A stretch of 55,140 nucleotides of DNA, taken from NCBI GenBank assembly GCA_043757865.1, contig JAYVOP010000254.1, forward strand, positions 1 to 55,140, given 5' to 3'. Shown piece by piece: positions 48,554-55,140 of the stretch. A program made the translations under genes and the position numbers. Position 1 is the first letter of the stretch. Each line of letters starts with the position of its first letter. The notes beneath the pieces were generated by a model that saw nothing but the letters and a program-made list of their open reading frames with translations, did no database searches and was not told the DNA's origin. Source of the stretch: Verrucomicrobiales bacterium. GTDB lineage: Bacteria > Verrucomicrobiota > Verrucomicrobiia > Verrucomicrobiales > V1-33.

Positions 48554-49843
48554 ATGAAATACGCCCCCATCCCTGCGGACCTCTTTGTCCAGAATCGTCG
48601 TCGCCTCGCTGAAATGCTCGCGCCTAATTCCATTGCCATCATTCATTCCTCGGACATCATGCCGCGCAGCGCGGATGGCGTCATGCCCTTCATCCAGAAC
48701 TCGGATCTCTTCTACCTCACTGGGGTGGATCAGGAGGACAGCGTGCTCATCATTTACCCTGCGGCGGCGGAGGCCAAGCATCGGGAAGTGCTCTTTCTCA
48801 AAGAAACCAACGACCACATCCGGGTCTGGGAAGGCGAGAAGCTAACCAAGCCCCAAGCCCAAGCCGCCACGGGCATTCAAACGGTGCTGTGGAATGAGGA
48901 ATTTCCGCTGCTCCTGCGCACGTTAGTGATGTCCGCCGAGACCATTTATCTGCCGCTCAATGAGCATCTGCGCGCGGTGCTAACGCTAGAGACGAACGAG
49001 GTGCGCTTCGCCAACCACTGCCAGCGCATGTTCCCGCTGCATCGCTATGCGCGGCTCAGCCCACTGCTCTATGAACTGCGCTGCGTGAAGAGCGAGCCGG
49101 AGATCGCCCTGCTGCAAGAGGCCTGCAATATGACGGACCGGGGCTTCCAACGCCTGTTAGGCTTCGTGCGCCCCGGCGTGTGGGAATACGAAGTGGAGGC
49201 GGAGCTAGCGCACGAATGGATGCGCCGCCGCAGCCGTGGCTTTGCCTATCCGCCCATCATTGCCAGTGGCATCAATGCCTGCACGTTACATTACGTGACT
49301 AACGATCACCAATGTCAGGATGGAGATCTGCTCCTGTTAGACGTGGCCGCAGAATATGCGAACTACAACGCGGACATGACTCGCACCATCCCGGTCAATG
49401 GCCGCTACACCAGCCGCCAACGCCAAGTCTATGATGCCGTGCATCATGTGATGAAAGAATGCTATAAACTCCTAACCCCCGGCACCCTGCTGCGCGACTA
49501 TCAGAAATCCGTGGAGAAAATCATGGAAGAACAACTCCTCCTCCTCGGCCTGCTCAACGCAGAGGAAGTGGCCAAACAAGATCCTGACAAGCCGCTGCTC
49601 AAGAAATATTTCCCCCACGGCACCAGCCACCACCTAGGCCTGGACGTGCATGATGTGGCCCCGCCAAACTACGCGCTGCGCCCCGGCATGGTGCTCACCG
49701 TAGAGCCTGGCATCTACATCCGAGAGGAAAACCTCGGCGTGCGCTTGGAGAATGATGTCCTCATTACCGAGCACGGTCTGATCGACCTCATGGGCCACAT
49801 CCCCATCGATGCCGAGCACATCGAGGATCTGATGAATGCGTAG
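48554..49843 (+). CDS. pepP: Xaa-Pro aminopeptidase (M24B)
   Basis: DLFYLTG, LHY, DVAAE, ADMTRT, HGTSHHLGLDVHD, EPGIY, RLEND. Confidence 0.93.
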   Translation: MKYAPIPADLFVQNRRRLAEMLAPNSIAIIHSSDIMPRSADGVMPFIQNSDLFYLTGVDQEDSVLIIYPAAAEAKHREVLFLKETNDHIRVWEGEKLTKPQAQAATGIQTVLWNEEFPLLLRTLVMSAETIYLPLNEHLRAVLTLETNEVRFANHCQRMFPLHRYARLSPLLYELRCVKSEPEIALLQEACNMTDRGFQRLLGFVRPGVWEYEVEAELAHEWMRRRSRGFAYPPIIASGINACTLHYVTNDHQCQDGDLLLLDVAAEYANYNADMTRTIPVNGRYTSRQRQVYDAVHHVMKECYKLLTPGTLLRDYQKSVEKIMEEQLLLLGLLNAEEVAKQDPDKPLLKKYFPHGTSHHLGLDVHDVAPPNYALRPGMVLTVEPGIYIREENLGVRLENDVLITEHGLIDLMGHIPIDAEHIEDLMNA

Positions 49844-49902
49844 CACTTCCCGCGTCCACGCCCCTTGCCCACCACCCGTCCAGCGCTACTCTGCCCGCCA
49901 CT

Positions 49903-50454
49903 ATGAAATCCATCCTAACGCTCCTCTACTCCCTCGCCCTCATGCTTCCGCTCACTGCTGACGATGCCAAAGTCTATACCATCCCGCTCAAGAATATTGA
50001 TGGTAAAGATACCTCTCTGAAAGCCTACGCGGGCAAAGCCATCCTGGCGGTCAACGTCGCTAGCAAGTGCGGCAACACCCCGCAGTATAAAGGCCTGGAG
50101 GAACTCTACAAAAAATTCTCCGCCAAGGGACTCGTGGTCGTAGGCTTTCCCTGCAATGACTTTGGGGCTCAAGAACAAGGCACCAACGAAGAGATCAAAG
50201 CCTTCTGCTCTGCCACTTACAAAGTGACTTTTCCGATGATGGATAAACTCCACGTCAAAGGTGCGGAGCAACACCCACTCTATGCCGAACTCAGCGGCCC
50301 CAGCGCAGCCTTCCCAGGCGATGTGAAATGGAACTTCGGGAAATTTCTCATTGGCCGAGACGGCAAAATCATCGCCCGCTTCGATCCTAAAACCCAGCCA
50401 GATTCTGCTGAGGTGACCAAAGCCATCGAAGCCGCTCTAGCTGCTAAGCCGTAG
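49903..50454 (+). CDS. Cys-type glutathione peroxidase family protein with signal peptide
   Basis: VNVASKCG, GFPCNDFGAQE, WNFGKFLI. Confidence 0.94.
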   Translation: MKSILTLLYSLALMLPLTADDAKVYTIPLKNIDGKDTSLKAYAGKAILAVNVASKCGNTPQYKGLEELYKKFSAKGLVVVGFPCNDFGAQEQGTNEEIKAFCSATYKVTFPMMDKLHVKGAEQHPLYAELSGPSAAFPGDVKWNFGKFLIGRDGKIIARFDPKTQPDSAEVTKAIEAALAAKP

Positions 50455-50467
50455 GCCGAGGGCTGGC

Positions 50468-51178
50468 TTATGTGCTAGACGGGCGGACTAAAGTCCGCGT
50501 TCCGTGGATGGCGGCACAGATCATGCGCAGGGATTCCTCTAGATTACCATCGGCGGTCTTGAAGGCATCCGCATCAATGGTCAGCGGAGCGCCTAGCACG
50601 ACGAGCGGAGCGCCATACTGCGGGCAGAGGATGGCTTGCTCTAAAGTGAGTCCACCGACGGCTTGCACGGGAATCTGCACGGCTTCCACCACTGCGCGCA
50701 GTTGATCCAGCGGGCTGGGCATCGGATGCCCGGCGGCGGCTAGGCCACGGCGTTCGTCATAGCCGATGTGGTGGATCACGTAGTCACAGCCCAGGTCTTC
50801 TAACATGCGCGCGCCCGCCACCATGTCTGGGCAGACCATGTTATCTCCCATGACTTTACAGCCGAAATCTGCGCCTGCTTTGACCACACATTTGATCGTC
50901 TCCGCATGAGCCCGGGCCATCACCACCACGTGCGTGGCTCCAGCCTTGGCCATCATTTCTGCTTCTAGATAGCCGCCATCCATGGTCTTCAAATCCGCCA
51001 CGATGGGCACGCCGGGAAAGGCCTGGCGTAAGGCGCGCACGCCGTGCAGGCCCTCCGCTAGGATCAAGGGGGTGCCTGCTTCTAGCCAGTCCACGCCTGC
51101 CCGCAGGGCCAGCGCGGCGGTGGCTAGGGCTTCGTCGATGTTGGTGAGATCCAGGGAAATTTGAACGATGGGTTTCAT
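50468..51178 (-). CDS. 3-hexulose-6-phosphate synthase / KGPDC-like protein (OMP decarboxylase superfamily)
   Basis: QISLD, EAGTPL, ADLKTMDGG, HIGYD, VGG. Confidence 0.85.
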   Translation of the reverse strand: MKPIVQISLDLTNIDEALATAALALRAGVDWLEAGTPLILAEGLHGVRALRQAFPGVPIVADLKTMDGGYLEAEMMAKAGATHVVVMARAHAETIKCVVKAGADFGCKVMGDNMVCPDMVAGARMLEDLGCDYVIHHIGYDERRGLAAAGHPMPSPLDQLRAVVEAVQIPVQAVGGLTLEQAILCPQYGAPLVVLGAPLTIDADAFKTADGNLEESLRMICAAIHGTRTLVRPSST

Positions 51179-51233
51179 GCTAGTGGTTTGAGGGTGAAGT
51201 GGGTGGGACGGGAGGACTAAAGTCAGCATTCTG

Positions 51234-53177
51234 TTAGGGGTTGGTGATGCGCAGGCGGCCAAAGCGACGCGGCTCCTCCTCAGAGTTCAGATCCGTGACC
51301 TCGATCAGCTCCTCCAGATTGTCCTCGCCACTGCTGGAAAAGATCGTCGTCCAGCCACTACTCAGGTCTGCCGACGATTCCACCACATAAGTCACGTCGG
51401 GCCGGGCTAGCCTAGTAAAGGAAAACGTGATCCGCCGCGAGTCCGCAGCATAGCTACCCGTTAGGGTCTTGGGCGCATTGCTCCGCAGCGGGTTCGTGCC
51501 GAGGGCATATTCTAGCAGGTTCGAGCTGCCATCGTAGTCCGCATCTGCTAGGCTAGCACCTGGGCCCGCATCCTCCGTCGAGCCGAAATATTGGAATCGC
51601 CAACGTGCTAACGACAGCAGCGGAGCCACTGGCGTATGCCTGTAAAATATGCCCGCAGAAGGGGCGGTGCCCTCTGCATTCCGCGCCACCACTCGCAGAT
51701 ACATTTCCGCCCCCGAGAGCAATGGTCCTAGCTCTAGCAGCGTGGTGTCCGCTGGCCGCGTCACTAGCAAGCTGTAGCTCACCCCATCCGCTGACTGCTC
51801 AATCTCATACGCGGACTCCATCTGCACATCATCCCAGCGCAGCCAGGCGTGTGTGGCATCCAGCGCCACTACGGCTAAGCCAGAAGGCGTTCCGGGCAGG
51901 ATCAGCGGGCCGGATGGTGTTTTCTGCATCGTGAAATGATCCGCAAACACCCCCGTTTCTCTAAGGAAACGCACGTCCAGCCGCTGATCCGCCACATCCA
52001 CCACCAGCGATCCTAACTGCCCCAGCGATTTATAGAATGCTCCATGCGGGGTGGTGCTGCCCGCCTGCCCAGCGGACCCCGTGACCACATACACCGTGCC
52101 CCGTCCGGCCTGGGGACCGTCGATAAATTTCTGGTACACGCCATTACCCTCCTCACGCCCATCGCCCTCCTGCACCTTATGCGTGGCCGCATCGAACGTG
52201 CCGGAACTGCCATAGTGCCCCCGCATAAACCACGATCGCTCATACACATGGCTATGCCCACATAGGACCAGATCCACCCCCGCCGCTTCCATGAGCGGAC
52301 AAAACTGCGTGCGTACCTGGATTAAGTCCCCCTCGAAGTCAGAGTTATGCGTGCCATGCGTGTAAGGCGGATGGTGGAAGAAGACGATCTTCCACGGAGC
52401 CACCGCATTGGCTAGATCGTCTTGCAGCCACAGGGCCTGCGCCCCCGTCGCTAGCCGACTGCTCTGCATCATGTCCAGGCACACGAAATGGATATTGGCA
52501 TAATCAAAGGAATAGTAATGCTCCGTGCCAGACGGCGTGCCGCCGCACTCCGCATTGGTGGGAAAGGTAAAGAGATTGAAATATGGCGGAGCATTGGCAT
52601 TCGCGTAGGTTTCATGGTTCCCCAGGCACGACCAGACACAGGCATTGGCAAAATAAGATTGATACACCCCAAAGCATTTGGACACATACTCTGAATCCTG
52701 ACCACTGCCATAAGCATTGTCCCCTAAGAGCACGATGAAATCCGCCGCATGTTCTGCCTGCACTGGGGCAAAGGCATTGCGCACATTGAGTTGCGCGCTG
52801 GTGCCCGTGCCCGCATCTCCCAGCGCCCAAAAGCGCACTGCCCCCGTCGAGCCCACGATTGGTGGCGTGGTGAACTGTGCCTCCGCAGACGTATCATCCC
52901 CCGGCACTTCCGTCGTATAGAAATAAGTCGTGCTAGCGGCTAGCCCTGTTAGCCGCAGTTCATGCTCGGTGGTGCCCGCCGCTTCATTCAGACTTTGCGT
53001 TAGCGTCCCCGGGACCGTGCCATAGCGCACCGTGCCCACGTCATTGGTGGTGGAGCGCCAACGCACCGTGATGGCCGTGGGCTGCGCCATTTGCAGATAC
53101 GGTTCAATGACGAACGATTCCGCTGCCGGAGTTAGGCTAGCAAGTATCAAAAGCAGGGTCAGGCGAGGCTGGGGCAT
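51234..53177 (-). CDS. Purple acid phosphatase-family metallophosphoesterase with FN3 domains and a C-terminal D.D.DG..NL.EYA.GT.P domain
   Basis: Signal peptide; GDAG, GDNAY, GNHE, HHPPY, GHSHVYER. Confidence 0.9.
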   Translation of the reverse strand: MPQPRLTLLLILASLTPAAESFVIEPYLQMAQPTAITVRWRSTTNDVGTVRYGTVPGTLTQSLNEAAGTTEHELRLTGLAASTTYFYTTEVPGDDTSAEAQFTTPPIVGSTGAVRFWALGDAGTGTSAQLNVRNAFAPVQAEHAADFIVLLGDNAYGSGQDSEYVSKCFGVYQSYFANACVWSCLGNHETYANANAPPYFNLFTFPTNAECGGTPSGTEHYYSFDYANIHFVCLDMMQSSRLATGAQALWLQDDLANAVAPWKIVFFHHPPYTHGTHNSDFEGDLIQVRTQFCPLMEAAGVDLVLCGHSHVYERSWFMRGHYGSSGTFDAATHKVQEGDGREEGNGVYQKFIDGPQAGRGTVYVVTGSAGQAGSTTPHGAFYKSLGQLGSLVVDVADQRLDVRFLRETGVFADHFTMQKTPSGPLILPGTPSGLAVVALDATHAWLRWDDVQMESAYEIEQSADGVSYSLLVTRPADTTLLELGPLLSGAEMYLRVVARNAEGTAPSAGIFYRHTPVAPLLSLARWRFQYFGSTEDAGPGASLADADYDGSSNLLEYALGTNPLRSNAPKTLTGSYAADSRRITFSFTRLARPDVTYVVESSADLSSGWTTIFSSSGEDNLEELIEVTDLNSEEEPRRFGRLRITNP

Positions 53178-53182
53178 CGTAA

Positions 53183-54004
53183 TTAGGGAGTGAGGGCAAT
53201 GGCCACCGCTGCGGCCTGCACGTCTAGCGTGGCGGGCAAACCTTGGAGGTGCGTGGGTAATATTTTTAGCGCCGCTAGGCATTGCTGGGCGGCCTCCCGC
53301 GCGCCAGCGGAGTCCGGCAGGGTTTGGCAATACTGCGCTTCTTTAAGCCAGAGGAATTCCTTCCGAGCCGCCCTGCTGCGCAGCCGCGCAAACCTCGCTC
53401 TCACCGCCGCTGGACGTGCTAGTTGAATTTCTAAACGCAGCGCCTCCTGCTCCCAGACCGCCAGTCGTTGGTGCTCCTCCATCCAGGCATCGATCCATGC
53501 CAGGGCCGCCGCCACCTCCGTCTGGGCTAGGAGCTGCGTGCGTTGCAGCACCAGCTCTGGCAGCCGTTCCGTGCTAGTAGCTAGTAAATGATCCGCCTCC
53601 GCTAGGGCCAGCGTCGTTTCCTGTTGCTGGCACAGAATCTCCAGCCGCTCCCAGTGGGCTGCAGCATCCGCTGGCACCCGCTCCAGATAAGCCTCCACCT
53701 CCGTGCGAGCCGCCTCCCAATGACCGCTCAGCCGCTCCCACTGGGCTTGTAAAAACCGCCGCCGCGCCATCCCTGGAGCTAACTTCTCCGCCGTTTCCAA
53801 GTCCTCCCTCGCCGGGGCTAATTCCTCATGCTCCAGATACACCCGCGCCCGGTCCAGCCGCACCTCTGCATTCGTCGGAGCCGCCTGTAGCCGTGCATTC
53901 ACCGCTCCTAGCTGCTCCGGGTAATTCCCGTGTGCCCACACTCCCCCCAGCGCTAACCGCCAAACGTATAACGCCAACCACCGAGATGAAGGGGGGAATC
54001 TCAT
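53183..54004 (-). CDS. Secreted tetratricopeptide-repeat protein
   Basis: Signal ending VWA|HG; TPR patterns (AEVRLDRARVYL...AREDLETAEKLAP). Confidence 0.82.
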   Translation of the reverse strand: MRFPPSSRWLALYVWRLALGGVWAHGNYPEQLGAVNARLQAAPTNAEVRLDRARVYLEHEELAPAREDLETAEKLAPGMARRRFLQAQWERLSGHWEAARTEVEAYLERVPADAAAHWERLEILCQQQETTLALAEADHLLATSTERLPELVLQRTQLLAQTEVAAALAWIDAWMEEHQRLAVWEQEALRLEIQLARPAAVRARFARLRSRAARKEFLWLKEAQYCQTLPDSAGAREAAQQCLAALKILPTHLQGLPATLDVQAAAVAIALTP

Positions 54005-54011
54005 GGCACGG

Positions 54012-54040
54012 AAGATAGGAAATCCACCTTCACCTGACAA
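54012..54040 (-). promoter_or_regulatory. Putative sigma70 promoter for a leaderless TPR-phosphatase transcript
   Basis: Minus strand reads TTGTCA-17 bp-TATCTT-7 bp-ATG, preceded by an AT-rich tract. Confidence 0.55.
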
Positions 54041-54261
54041 GATATTATTTCACTTGGATCATGCTCCCGTGGCGCGCGCCTTGGCAAGGGCTCCGATGGC
54101 TCGGGATAGAAATGGAATTCGCCTAGCAGGAATGTGGTTCAGCGCGCTCGGATGAACCGTCATTCATCCTTAAATGGAACTAGGGTTTGACGCATTTTTT
54201 GGGCGCGGAAGCAATCCTAGAAACAGTTAGCCGTTTCCCGAGCGCAGCCCAACAGGCTGAT

Positions 54262-54720
54262 CTACAGTTCCTCGTTGACGCTGAAGGTCATGTTCTTGAT
54301 CCCGGCATATTGGAGGGAGTTCAATACATCGGCCACGCGGCTGTATTTCGTATCGGGCTGGGTACTCACGGTCACCACCACATTGCTTTGGCTGACCTTG
54401 CCCTGTTCGGCTAGGCGCTTCATGCGGTCTTTGAGTTGGACGAGATCACCGCCGGGCACGCCGCCGGGATCCAGGGTCTCATCGTTGTGGGAAATGACGC
54501 CATTTTCGTCGATAACGATCGTCTCCTCTAACGACTCCAAGCCGGACACGCTGGTGGACGTTTCCGCACTGCCAGGAAGTTTGGATTTGATCTCCGTCTC
54601 GGTCTTCCGCGCTCCCACTTTAACCATGAAGAAGAGCATGATGACGAAGACCACGTCGATCATCGGAGCGATCTGAAAGCCGACGTCTTCGTTTTTGTGT
54701 TGGTGTTTGATGCGGCCCAT
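54262..54720 (-). CDS. exbD: ExbD/TolR biopolymer transport protein
   Basis: FQIAPMIDVVFVIMLFFMV; Y..V.DVLN.L..AGI. Confidence 0.88.
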   Translation of the reverse strand: MGRIKHQHKNEDVGFQIAPMIDVVFVIMLFFMVKVGARKTETEIKSKLPGSAETSTSVSGLESLEETIVIDENGVISHNDETLDPGGVPGGDLVQLKDRMKRLAEQGKVSQSNVVVTVSTQPDTKYSRVADVLNSLQYAGIKNMTFSVNEEL

Positions 54721-54724
54721 GAGC

Positions 54725-55140
54725 TTACTCGGCTTGGTTGATGGTGAGGAAGGCAATGTTGTCGATGCCCGCTTGGGCCGCGCAGTTCATCACCTTCTGG
54801 ATTTCCTTGGCTTGTAACTCGCGGTCGCCCCGGATGAGGACTTCGGGGTTTTCCCGGCCTATTTTCTTGGCTTCTAGGGCATTTTTCAGTTCCTCGGCGT
54901 CTTTGTAGGTGGAGCCGTCCACGGTAAAGACCGCTTCTTGCTTTTCGTTATTCCACTTCACATTGACGATCATCTGGTTCTTGTCCGGCTTGCGTTCCTT
55001 GGCATCGGGAGCCACGGGCAAGCGGATGTTTTTATCCACGGCCTCGACCTGGGCCGTGGTGATGGACATGAAGAAGATCAGCAACGTGAGTAACACGTCG
55101 ATCATTGGGGCGATTTGAAATTCGGGTTCGCCCTCACCAC
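54725..55140 (-). CDS. exbD: ExbD/TolR biopolymer transport protein; probably 5'-partial
   Basis: GEPEFQIAPMIDVLLTLLIFFM; IRGD...VM..A..AGI; the frame is open to the window edge. Confidence 0.88.
   Translation of the reverse strand, partial: GEGEPEFQIAPMIDVLLTLLIFFMSITTAQVEAVDKNIRLPVAPDAKERKPDKNQMIVNVKWNNEKQEAVFTVDGSTYKDAEELKNALEAKKIGRENPEVLIRGDRELQAKEIQKVMNCAAQAGIDNIAFLTINQAE

Noticed and set aside
49903-50454. Selenocysteine in the glutathione peroxidase
   Set aside because: The active-site codon is TGC (Cys) and there is no in-frame TGA
54041-54261. Possible ncRNA/riboswitch or Pho box in the exbD-TPR intergenic region (hairpin GGATGAA-N6-TTCATCC at 54150-54169)
   Set aside because: Only one short hairpin and a single TGTCA, better explained as the -35; no family motif is recognisable without a covariance search

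Overview
55 kb of GC-rich bacterial chromosome, most likely Verrucomicrobiota (inferred from the LpxC-FabZ fusion, a DUF1501 protein, PQQ-type beta-propellers, a membrane-anchored GH75-like protein, a Verrucomicrobia-type C-terminal surface domain and C-rich leaders lacking Shine-Dalgarno motifs). Positions 1-4850 are a defence/accessory locus. It holds the 3' part of a type IIG (Eco57I-like) R-M gene whose last ~185-210 bp recur twice more downstream as direct repeats. The repeats bracket an ABC-ATPase-HEPN (RloC/PrrC-like) gene and REP/REPIN-like palindromes, and a FitAB/VapBC-type TA pair follows. The rest is mostly housekeeping (lpxA, lpxC-fabZ, hisH, tatD, scpAB, ftsB-like, eno, topB, fabD, purD, rsmE, pepP, glutathione peroxidase, two exbD) interspersed with exported enzymes. 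Two separate loci pair a purple acid phosphatase with a secreted TPR protein predicted to start with His after a VWA signal-peptide cleavage site. A second TA locus has a PIN toxin broken by one in-frame stop. I recognised no rRNA, tRNA, CRISPR array, integrase or transposase. All calls come from reading motifs by eye; no database searches were run.
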